Origin: Cirrosporium novae-zelandiae
Lineage: Eukaryota
NCBI GenBank assembly: GCA_026023565.1
Contig: JAPETS010000003.1
Location: 744,001 to 808,000 of the forward strand
DNA length: 64,000 nt
Reading direction: 5' to 3'
Below, piece after piece: positions 9,701-19,697 of the stretch (positions within the stretch are counted from its first letter, which is position 1; each line of letters starts with the position of its first letter). The translations under genes were made by a program, and so were the position numbers. The notes under the pieces were generated by a model that was not told where the DNA came from, made no database searches, and worked only from the letters and a program-made list of their open reading frames with translations.

Positions 9701-11351
9701 TACGTTCATGAAGGCCATCAAAGTCAATGAAGAAAGTGTAAGGTATAGCCTTTTCGCCTCCCCCGGAAGTGCCTAAGAGCAAGAACTTGAGGCTAGTAGA
9801 GTCAGGGGTCGTTGTTAAAAGCTTTGCGTGGACTTTCTCTCCTAGATCAACCTTCTCCCAATTCTTTCCATGGTCGAGGGAGTATTTTATTTTGTCTGCC
9901 GGTCCCTCGTCGTAAATCGCGACAAGAACAGATCCCTGGTCACCGAACTCGTACTTATGAGCTTCATCGAGAGCTTTCTTCCAAGTTATGCCGGCATCAT
10001 CTGAAACATAAAGATCTCCTTCCTCGTAAGCTTTGAGCTTGTCTCCAGTATTGCCAACCCCCATAATCAATCCAGGTGCCGTACTAGTGAAAATTCTTCC
10101 CATGCCTGAGGGAGCAAGATCCGTGACAGAATGAAGGTGGAGCTCTTTGTCGCCTGCTTTCAGAGGTTGGAAGGTCCGGCCATCGTCGAAGCTGATTCTG
10201 CTCTTGATAACCCTATCCATACTACCTTGTTCAACCTGCTTCCAGTTATCAACGATATTGACCAACACAATTCCTTGAATATTTTGAATCTTTTCAAAGT
10301 CAACATAACCTTGTTGATTGCGATTCGTATGCTCCACATTTTTGGTGAAATAGGTGCCATTTGAGTTACTAGAGAAGAGAACTCCCATGGGATTTGACAT
10401 CTTGGTCGTCATAACATCTAGTTGGATGCTGTAGTTGGTGCTCTCAAGAACTGTGTAGGCATCCTCCACCAACTTATGTTCGGCAGGGAATTCAGCGCGA
10501 TGCCACTCTTCTGTATCATCAGATACGTATAGCGCCATCTCATCGCTGCCGTCTGCCTTGGCTGCAGCTACGATATATTTCTTAACGGCTGCCATATTGA
10601 CGACTCCCTGAACGGTCCGACCACCTTCGAGCTCAGGTTCTACTTCTTCCAGAAAGTAGTCATCGGAATAGACAAGTCGATTGTCTTTTTGCCATGGTGA
10701 ATATCGGCCCTTGACAACACATAAAACCCGGTCAGCCTTGATACTCTTGAGCCCCTCACTGTTATGCTCGGCAAAGAGAGGGGTCGAATATGCCCAGATG
10801 CAACCTCGAGTATCGTCGCGCAACTTTTTGATGGTTTCAAAGTTATCAAGCGTGTAGTAGGTAAGCTCTTCGCATTGGAATCCCTCACACTCGGCGCCAG
10901 TAAACATCAACTTATCGCTGTTGCCTGCATGGAAACTGAATGGCGATCTGAATCCCAATGGCATTGCTGGCATCTGAAAGGGTTTCCATGTTTTCCCTTG
11001 ATCATTTGTTTTCCAGTGAGTGTCTCCATCACTCAGTATGTAAGCTTTCTTATTGTCGTATTTGTGTTGGAAAATGTCTAGAGCTTGGCCCTTGATGGGT
11101 CTGGTGGTATCGGAATCCTGTTCCACAAGTTTCCACGATTCTCCAGCATCTCCAGATCGATATACATTCTGCGCCGCACGATCGAGCATCAAAAGGGAAT
11201 CGGAATCATCGAAATAAAAGAGGCTCGAGACGGGATTTTCGAAGGGGGTTTTCACGATCCGTGGTCCATCTTTCTTTGCACAGGCTATGGTCCACAAGGA
11301 ACAAAGTAACAGAAAAAAAGTAGCGGCCGCTGGAGGCTTCCAAAGAATCAT
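6762..11351 (-). CDS. VPS10: Vacuolar protein sorting receptor Vps10/Pep1 (sortilin family)
   Basis: Signal peptide, two VPS10 domains with BNR/Asp-box repeats (SGDAGESW, SFDDGRTF, SDDAGITW, TRDGGITW), Cys-rich 10CC modules, one TM helix and an acidic tail. One 75-nt intron at 7429-7503, which the ORF track reads through. Confidence 0.95.
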   Translation of the reverse strand: MILWKPPAAATFFLLLCSLWTIACAKKDGPRIVKTPFENPVSSLFYFDDSDSLLMLDRAAQNVYRSGDAGESWKLVEQDSDTTRPIKGQALDIFQHKYDNKKAYILSDGDTHWKTNDQGKTWKPFQMPAMPLGFRSPFSFHAGNSDKLMFTGAECEGFQCEELTYYTLDNFETIKKLRDDTRGCIWAYSTPLFAEHNSEGLKSIKADRVLCVVKGRYSPWQKDNRLVYSDDYFLEEVEPELEGGRTVQGVVNMAAVKKYIVAAAKADGSDEMALYVSDDTEEWHRAEFPAEHKLVEDAYTVLESTNYSIQLDVMTTKMSNPMGVLFSSNSNGTYFTKNVEHTNRNQQGYVDFEKIQNIQGIVLVNIVDNWKQVEQGSMDRVIKSRISFDDGRTFQPLKAGDKELHLHSVTDLAPSGMGRIFTSTAPGLIMGVGNTGDKLKAYEEGDLYVSDDAGITWKKALDEAHKYEFGDQGSVLVAIYDEGPADKIKYSLDHGKNWEKVDLGEKVHAKLLTTTPDSTSLKFLLLGTSGGGEKAIPYTFFIDFDGLHERKCKEEDFEKWYARLDEDGKPDCLMGHKQYYKRRKADADCFVDEEFKDPEPQFEPCKCTKEDFECDYNFVRGEDRKSCLPAGVMKVPDGTCKDAEDTFKGPSGWRLIPGNECERDGGVSLDQEQVERSCKNALKIPSSGEISNELTIFKANSFREYYYLERSERSKDIDESIVMRLDNQKIYLSKDHGKTWKQILEDRDITSIYPNPYNHDVVYFLTAGEKVFYSLDRGDSIHDFKVPAQQTIERMRPIAFHPDYKDWLIWISATDCDTFSGDECHSTAHLTKDRGDNWQTLLRYVRKCEFIKDPTDGDKQLTYCEQFKDENPNNPLQLVSSTNWFADQTVHFDDIIDFATMSEFIIVAAKDENEKSLKVDASIDGHTFADARFPQNFDVPHQQAYTVLDSSTHAVFLHVTVNNRQDYEYGSIIKSNSNGTSYVMSLNGVNRNTPGYVDFEKMQGLEGVALVNVVKNINEAEKGQAKKLKTMITHNDGAEWALLPAPKKDAVGKDWGCKVKDQPTEDCSLHLHGFTERKSPDDTYSSASAIGLMMGIGNVGPNLALKSDADTFITRDGGITWDSVKKGSYMWEYGDQGSIIVIVKDSEPTDHVYYTLDEGKTWQEYIFSDTQMLIGDITTVPSDNSRNFLLWGKKGSDLATVNLDFSGLADRQCKLDEKHPDSEDGDYYLWEPKHPLQKDNCLFGHVAQYHRKKPEKKCFNGKSIQHLHNIAQNCSCTRQDFEWYAPFLFPTPSNLHTHMHHTNSSPPSDYNYQLANDGSCQLVPGLAPADHSAICQTDPNAVEYYEPTGYRRIPLSTCSGGRELEYSSQSHPCPGKDEEYNRKRRGGLGIFGIFFIVTICTILGTAAGYWVWNNWDGKFGRIRLGENTAGGHEDWRDSPFVTYPIAAVAGTWAVLKAMPLLGMSLWRTASGWLPVGGDGGGRFGHAGGAYTSRSAFSRGRDGRGGYEGVVADEDELLGAAGLDDEDDEV

Positions 11352-11948
11352 GATGACGGTGAAGAGTTAGGAAATATTAGAGACATGAAAATTATTGATT
11401 TGAAAGAAAATCAACTTGTCGTCGACTCGTCGTCAGCTACGTATCAAAGCTGAAGGCTGTGGCTGATAAGAGTGGCTAGAACTACACGCTAAACCTTGAT
11501 CCAAACCTCCGTCACCGATTCCGAAGCGCCCATGGCATGGCAAGGCTCAACCCTGAAAAATCCAGTATCCAGCCAGTAATTATTCTTTACATGATTATCA
11601 TAAACTACTTTGATTTGGATAATAGATAGCAACTGATTGTGGACGAGTCTTATCTCATGATAAGAGTTGTAATTGTAATCCTCTCTAAATTATTCATAAT
11701 CATGAAACACCAAACTCTTCTTATTGACGTTTTCCAGCCCCTAAGTACATCTCAATGCATGCATAGTAAGTAGTCGCTGCCACCGTCTCAGGCTTTTGAA
11801 TACAATTTAGGTATCACTAGAAGAAATTAAAACCGTAATGCTCAAGTGATGTAAAAAATAATCATCCATCACGTTTCTCGTGCCGAAGTCATAAAATGTG
11901 AAGTAGCAACAAAAGAGAGAATCGCTGAATCGCAAAGGAGGGAACGGC

Positions 11949-13400
11949 TCAACAGCCACGCATCTTCTTCCATATTCTCTTCACTACTCCTTTTTCTTTG
12001 GGAGGAGGTCCCCAAACGTCATGTGGACCATTTTCCCCCGAGAATGGGAGATCCTCCAATTTCAGTAGATCGTCTTCCGCCCGCGGAGTTCTTGGACTTC
12101 CATACTGAGGACTACGGAAGATTATATCATCATCAGCTCGTAAGTCAGGACGGGTAAGCGTCATTCGCAATGTCATCTCCCGACTACCCGGCATAACCTG
12201 CATCACCGGCGAGGGATACCTAGTAGATTTTGACCGTAGGTGCCGCGTGAAATCGCTGGATGTTCGACGATGATGTGAAGTTTGATGATAGCTGTGATGT
12301 CGACTACGCTTTGGAGGTTCTTGAAAGGTGGGCGATGGTTCTTGGTAAAAAGTAGGATCGCCTTGGATAGAGGCGTTTTCATCATCCAAAAACGTCCTGC
12401 CATCTGAATTCTCTGGCTTTCTGTTATCTGGCAGTGATGCAAATGCTTCTCTCATGTCGCTGGATGGAAATCCAAATTCAATGGCTTCATCAAATTTCTG
12501 CGGTGATGCGAGATAGACCCGAAGCTTGAGTCGAGCTTCTGGATCTTGGTAGTGCTTGGCTAAGGGATCAATCGATGATACCGAAGCACGAGATTGGTGT
12601 CGGGAAGAGGGGTTGGATATTGAAGAAGTGTTTACTCTGTTGTGGAATGAGACTGGAGGGTGGGTAGGAGAATGTGGTTGAGGATGAAATGAATGCCAAT
12701 GATCTGACTGGGTCGCTGGACGATGAATTGATAGAGAGTATCGATGGAATGCACCAGATGCCGCTGCTATCTTATCTCGTAACGAATGCCGTCTTGGACG
12801 AGATTGTTGTGTGTGTGCTGCAGTCTGAGAAATAGCAGTATGGTACTCGGCTAATGTCAAGTCCAAATCGTCATCATCCTCCATCCATCTGAATGAATCA
12901 TTACCAGACTCGTCCATATCGATCGCAGAGTCCGTAAGTAGATCGCTTTCCGATTTGCTTTTGTGGATTGTAAACTCGTTTGAGTGGTAGCTGCAAGAAT
13001 CAAGGGCTCTTGAGCTTGAGTTAGACTGTTGACCAAACTTGTAAAAGGCTTCGTCGGCAGCGTCAAGGATAACGGTTTCACAACATCCACTTAATATTAA
13101 ACGTTCCTCTGAAGAGAAGTGTCTCCTCTGTACTTTTTCAGGCAATTGTTGAAACCATTGAGCAGTGGCTTGTTGATGAATAAATTCACCGTGGCCCTGG
13201 GCAGAGGGGGTATTCCGCAATCTCCGAGATGGACCTTTAGGTAAACCGTTGAGGCTAAGTTTCCGTCCAGCTGGTGAGAGTGATCTCCGCCGGGAATGGT
13301 CTGTTGTCTTGTTGATTTGAGGGGACAATGAACAGGTGGAGGAAATCAGGGGTGAAGCATGGTTTTGAGCAAATCTCAAACGTTCGAGAGAGGAAAAGTA
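11949..13400 (-). CDS. Conserved fungal hypothetical protein (Ser/His/Pro-rich); main exon, first exon upstream uncertain
   Basis: Long ORF with conserved-looking blocks YQDPEARLKLRVYLASPQKFDEAIEFGFP and REMTLRMTLTRPDLR. The track's TTG start lies inside a splice acceptor (branch ACTGAC at 13424-13429, CAG at 13401-13403). Confidence 0.75.
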   Translation of the reverse strand, partial: YFSSLERLRFAQNHASPLISSTCSLSPQINKTTDHSRRRSLSPAGRKLSLNGLPKGPSRRLRNTPSAQGHGEFIHQQATAQWFQQLPEKVQRRHFSSEERLILSGCCETVILDAADEAFYKFGQQSNSSSRALDSCSYHSNEFTIHKSKSESDLLTDSAIDMDESGNDSFRWMEDDDDLDLTLAEYHTAISQTAAHTQQSRPRRHSLRDKIAAASGAFHRYSLSIHRPATQSDHWHSFHPQPHSPTHPPVSFHNRVNTSSISNPSSRHQSRASVSSIDPLAKHYQDPEARLKLRVYLASPQKFDEAIEFGFPSSDMREAFASLPDNRKPENSDGRTFLDDENASIQGDPTFYQEPSPTFQEPPKRSRHHSYHQTSHHRRTSSDFTRHLRSKSTRYPSPVMQVMPGSREMTLRMTLTRPDLRADDDIIFRSPQYGSPRTPRAEDDLLKLEDLPFSGENGPHDVWGPPPKEKGVVKRIWKKMRGC

Positions 13401-16400
13401 CTGGGACAATTAAAAGAGCGTTCGTCAGTAGATGAAGTTCACGTCGGCAGGACTAAGGAGTGGAGGAGGATGAGTTGTTTGTTTGTAGTAGGGCTCAAGG
13501 GATTGGAAGGGATTGGAAGGGATTGTGGAAGGTGTGCATTGGCCGAAGAGTGGTTCCTGCTGGGGGGAGTGGAGGTGGTGCTCAACCCACGATCAAGTCT
13601 GGGAAAGGTGATCCAAAGGGAATTTAGTAATTGTGCAGGAACCTTCGATGGAAGGTTCAGGGACTTGTCAAGGATGTCAAGTTGTCAACAACCACGGTAG
13701 GAACCACTAGATGGAGCAATAGCAAGTATATTAACTCTGGAACTGGCAATCAAACTGATGATCAATTGGTAGCCATTGAATCGACTTTGAGCCAGACTTG
13801 ATCCAGATTGAACCAGTTCATGTTAATTCATTTGCTGATTTGCCCATTTAGCCCACCACCCGTAATCACACATGCTAGACAGTTTTTCCGCTAGATAATT
13901 CGCTAGATGACCTGGCTAGGGCAGGTTGTGTGAGGGAGGAGCAGTAGAGGGGAGGAAACCCGAGACCACATTGAGACCATTTCGATCCATATTAAGTTTA
14001 GTGCCGACCTCGAATGAGGTTAGGCAATGTAGCTTTTAACTATGTTTGGAATGGTCATTTTCTTCGTGAATCCATTTGGGTTTGAGCCTTTTCTTGAGCT
14101 TTGAAAGTCGTGAGTTCTTTGGGGGGGGAGTCTTGGGGGAGTCTTGGGGAGGTCTTGTTGAGGCGCCGTTAACCTTCCCGATCCAACTAATTACTTCGGC
14201 CCTGGTTACCAGGCCGCTCCGTTCATTCCACTTAATCGCCCGACTATGACGAGCACAATTCAGGTACTCGTTCGACCACCACGCTCCCACGCTCTCAACA
14301 TCGAGGAAACTTACCATTCATAGGTAACCCTCGGGCATTCAGCTAAAAAAAACAAGTACAAAAAGGTAATGAATGGCAAGACGGTGAAAGGCAATCAACA
14401 ATTAACTATGGATATAAATATATCAAACACACCTTCTTTCTGATGGCAGGCGGTAATGCCTCGAACTCTTCCTCTTGACACTCCCAGCCCATTGGAGACT
14501 TCATGTTGGTGGTCGACGATTCGTGAAGCTAAACCAGCCTTTCCATGCACTAAACCCGGAAAAAGACTCCGCGATCTTAACCTGATAAGACGAACAAGCG
14601 AAAAACCACCTAGCTAAAGTCTCAAAGCTTGGTAGTTGGGAATTAAAGCTGCTTAGCTCGTGAGATTAGAGAATCGAATGGGCATGGCCAGCGTTGCAGT
14701 GGTGATACGGCGATGAAGGGTCGGAATGTTGGAAGGAAGTGTGAGGTGATGATTATTAAAAAAGATATGGTAATGGTAAACAATAATTATCTGCAAATTC
14801 CACAGCAGAAAAAAAGTAGAGCGGTGAGAACCGGCATATATTGATGATTTAATAGTAACTGGAATGAAGTGTGGAATTTTGGAATTTACTGATGATATAT
14901 CACTCTTCAAAGACTCCATGTCCTCCTGAGCGAGGACCACCCTTCATCTGGTATACCAAGGGTCATCCAAGGACAATCATACTCTTCCCACAGCCACGGA
15001 TGACAAAGAACCCTTCCAGGCGGGTCAGAAGTACCCTTTCAGAATCCCGACCATTCCTTCGTCCGGGCGCTTGCATATTTACAAACACGATGAGAGCTTA
15101 TTGTCCTCTCATCAGCCCCTCCATAGCCGACCACGTACAGCTGTTCGCACACTTGAAACACCTTGGAGCCACTGTAAACTGTTTAGCTTCAAGGATTGAG
15201 TTCGACAAATCGAGTTCACGAAATTGTCACGGCTGTGTAAGCTGGACAGTCGCAGAAACCGTTGAGCTTTATCAGATTTATTATTATTTTGCTACGGAAG
15301 TACACTGTCGATTACCCGCCTGCCATTCGCCATGCCACCAATTTCCACGTTCTGTCCCTGTAAGGCCATATTATTTGAAAAAGAAGGCAATAGCATCCCG
15401 TGCTTGGCTGAAAGGCGTATCGAGAGCCCACCCTCAACTTTCGGTTTGCGAGCATCAGCTTTGCCTCAGTCGGCGCCTTTTCGATCATCCCGAGGTAAAT
15501 GGACTCCCAAGAATAAACCAACCAGATGACATATGTAGTACAATATAGATGGATTAGATCATGGTGGTGTAATGCGTGTCAGCTAGCCTCGTCTACCCTG
15601 GTTCAATTCAATCTCCCACTTTTGATGCGAGTGGGAGGGCAAACGACTAGGGAAAACAAGGCCAAGAATCAATCAAGGAAAGAGGGGTTTTGGAGAACAA
15701 CAAAGAGTTAAGTTGTAGATCCGGATATTCGAAACCTTCCCTGCTGCACTGCTGTTTATGCATGTTGATGTAGCCGATGCAGCCGATGGCTACTATTCCA
15801 ATCCATGGATGCACCCCTTGTTATTCATGATTGGAAAGCCAAAAGAAGAGACACAGCTCAAAAAAGGGCAGAATTGCATAAAGAAGGCGGCAAGAGAAAG
15901 TTCCCCCATTTGAAGCAATATAAGCCATTAGTGCTATTTATTCCATGACTTTGACGAGGCTCGCGAGGCTCAGCAAAAATGCTTTCTCCTCTCAGATGCC
16001 TCAAATGTGTCATCGGTCAGTATCAAGGGAATCCCCGAGCACCCAATTATTAGTATCCAGTGGAACCAGACCATGTAGAAATCCGGGGTGTCAAAGTTTG
16101 AGAAACCCGTTCCCAAGGGCCCTCGCATTAACTCAAAGAACTAGAAGATTAATCTCATCAAATCACGATTCATTTGTCAAGGTCGGACTTTTGCACAGAT
16201 TTGGCCGATGCAATTTCAAGGTCATATCGCTGGAACTCTATGTGGCCCACTGACCAGATGACAGCTATCAAAGCTGGATTGACTATCGCTGTCCATGTCC
16301 CTTGTTGCAGTATTATTATTGCTTGCTCAATATTCATCTATTTGTTCATCTATCTACATCTATCTATTCTCTATCCAGTCTCCAGCACCGTCCTTAAAGG

Positions 16401-17669
16401 GGGATCTTTCCAATGAGGTTCAGTTCAATTAGGAAATAGGTCCCAAGAACTCGTCTTGAAAACACCAAGGAAGTTCCGTTTCTGGTTCACATCCCTGATC
16501 CCACGCTTTCAATGTAAAACCACTCTCCGATATCCTAGCACCTGGGTGTTTTGCATCTGGCTTGATGATGCCATTTCCAGAGGTTGACTTTGATCATCCT
16601 GCTAGAACCACGTTGCGGAGAATTCTTTAAGAACCTTCAACTCCTTTTTTTCATCTATCAGCAAGGGTTTTTTAAATCTCGGATTGAGGCTTGCGTGGTC
16701 ACATTAGATTGCAGGAAAAGGCCATTGCCATGTTTCTCAGAAGGAGAAATCATATCATGGGTACTGAGGTCTCACAGATCGCTTGAGGTTAAACGAAGCG
16801 GTTTAGTTATCATCAAAGACTTGGGAAGACCAGCAATGCTCTTGCAGCGCTCTGACCGGCATGTTTCGGCTGGCGTTACTTGTCCTCTGCAAATCACTCA
16901 TTCTAACGTTTTTATATTCGTTGCCTCAGCAGATTGCGTGAAACAGGTTGGTGCCAGCAAATTGATCGGCAGTCGAGTTTCACGATACTTAGGCTTTTGA
17001 TTGACCGTCCATTCACTTCATCGCGCAAGGGTCATCTAATTCCAATACAGGAAACCGAGTCTGTACGATATCATATCTTGTACATGACACAAACAAATCG
17101 CTCTTGTGGATGGAGATCTTGGTCGATTAAAATGCCTAACCAGATTATGAGCAAGGCATGCGATAATTGAGCCCTTGGAAGTCCGTCAAGGTTCTATGTA
17201 TGAATTCCTCTTGTGCTGTCCTAGTTGGAGCGTATAATATGGTATCTAGGTAAATGCGAGTCTCACCGCCTAAGTGCATTTCTCGGGCCAATAGAACAGC
17301 AAGGAGAGCCTATTTCAGCACACATAACCAATATATCGGTATTCGCCCGGACAACTTTTGATAAGCCAGCCTTGTGTCTCTATTGTCCTCAGCATCTTGT
17401 CATCTGGCTTTGGCCACCTCAGTATCAAGTGATAGCCAGATGTAACTGGAAGAACATAGCAGAGTGTGATGGTAATCATTAAATTGGCATTAACGCAAGC
17501 ATTGCGACATATGATATCATAAAACTAAGCATACATGGGTTGACAAAAGTGCAAATTGCTCATCTCTCCATCTCGTTCCCTCTTATCAGTGACGGAGTCT
17601 TCTGAACAGACTCAGTATGAGTAAAGGGGCTAATAGGATGCGACCTTATCAAAGGGAGAAACTATTTTC

Positions 17670-18442
17670 TTATTTTTCTGCAGATTCATCGACAAACTTT
17701 GTCTCCTTGCCCTTGGTTGACGGAGGAGTAGGCTCTTCCTTATCGTCAAAGTTCCAGTCGTTGAGATAGCCAGCGCCAGCCTGCAAATTGTTAGAATATT
17801 GTCAAAGGAAGATGCAACAATTAACTTACGCTCAAATATGTAGCAAAGCAAAGCCATCCAAGATATGGAGCCAATGCCCAACCCGCGACCTTGTCGACTT
17901 TGCCCCAGAGATAAGTCAGGTATCCGGTAATTCCGGTCAGTGCGACAATATCGGCGGTTGCTTCGATTGGGCGCTTGAATGTGAAGAAAAGAGGCATCCA
18001 GATAAGATTAAGACCAAGCTGGACGGTGTAAAGGGTTGCTCCTTGCTAATAGCCGCGAGCCTAAGTAAAAGTTTTACATTATATCAGAAAAAACTTGCCT
18101 TAGCCGCCTCCGTCTTCAACGGATCCAGAGAAGCCAAGCCGGTGGTCCAAGCCCGGTAGCCGGCAAACCCCATTAAACCATACAGAGAAGTCCATGCTGG
18201 GGCAAAGACCCAAGGAGGAGGGCGGAATGGAGGCTGCTTCAACGCGAGATATGTGCGCTGAGTTTCCTTCGCTGGGAACAATGAAGCCGTGATCAGTATC
18301 TTTCCGGACAAAGGGTGCAGTGCTACGTACGTTTAGTGGCAAAGCCAATGCCGGTTCCCAGGGCAATGGGCAACAGGATTGAAGCTGCAGGCGCAGAAAA
18401 CACCTGACTAGGTAAAGTTATGGATGGAATATAGGAAGTCAT
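17670..18442 (-). CDS. tspO: TspO/MBR family translocator protein (peripheral benzodiazepine receptor homolog), 4 exons
   Basis: Exons 18331-18442, 18099-18271, 17830-18045, 17670-17780 splice in frame. Motifs YLALKQPPFRPPPWVFAPAWTSLY, QLGLNLIWMPLFF and LAPYLGWLCFATYL. Confidence 0.93.
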
Positions 18443-19697
18443 TGCGCCTTCGCCTGCTGTTCTAGCTAGTTCAGAAGCTCGAACTACGGTCAGGTCAGCA
18501 AACGCCTATTCATCCTTCAGCCATTACTATTTCGGAGAAATACCAGTTGCAGGGGAAGTTGTATATGGGTGAGTTGTATAATTCGTTTTGACGGTAGTTA
18601 TGAGCTTGCTCCCAGCTCACAGATAATTCAAGTAGGGACTCAGGCTAGAATATACAGAGTATCTAATTAGTATTGCTATTGTAAGTCAAAAGGAAACTGC
18701 AGCAACTAACCTTCTGCGGACGGATAATAGAGAAATGATACAATAGAAAGTACGGGTGGAGGAGTAGCGTGATGTTTGTTCTTTTAGGAAGTGTTTTCTA
18801 GGAGACTGATGACATAAATCCAACTGGTCTCACTTTGATTTGGCAGGTTTAGAATCACTGGATTCCTTCACTAAAGCTTCTCGCTCAATCATAGAATAAA
18901 AAGCATGGGGTAAGTAGCTTCTTATTGTTTTAGACCTTTTATTGGTGATCATTTGCATATCTCTATTCTCCAATTGGCCTTTTCCACCAGTGACGACAGG
19001 GAAGACGGAACAAGGTTGGGTACGTATTACTACCCTCTAGAATTATATTTCAACTACCTAGGTACTTGTGTGATATCCCACTATTTCCGACATTCCCGGT
19101 ATTCCAACACCATCTGTGACTTCAACTCCTTACCCTCTTCGTGCCTTTCAGAGCATCACCGACCGGACCGAGAAGACTTAACCCGAATTAAGCCTAGGTT
19201 TGCGGGCTTACCTAATCTAGTCCAAAACGCCTCGTTGAAAGTCACGTCTTCAGTCCAACCACCTTGATCATCATCAACTTCATCTCCCCATCCAACATTT
19301 ACCAAGGGCAAGCTGTAGGTTTTTCGCCCCATATCACTTTTGTCGTTCGTCTTCCCCCATATTCCACTTCTTCACTCTCTCATTCTTTTGATGCCCGGAA
19401 TTTTGGCTTCAAATTCACTTATATCCCTCTTGTCTTTGCTCATCGGTCCCGCCCTGCCTGCCGACGAAGGCCCCTACTGCCTCTTCTCATTCACTCTCCT
19501 CGTTTTGAACCATTACATTCACCGTTGCTTTTGGAAACCTGCTCTAATTCGCCATGGTGTCTATTCACAGCTTGTTGAGCCAATGCTCTCATCGGAACAT
19601 AAAATTTCTATGCCTCACCTTCTTTGAAATATTGAATCTTTCCCACCATCCACCCACCTGCATTATCGCCCCCTTTTTGGCTCAACCATCTTAAGCC

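Noticed and set aside
14871..15548. 225-aa ORF in the long spacer
   Set aside because: Non-ATG start, random-looking composition, no domain; probably promoter or UTR DNA.
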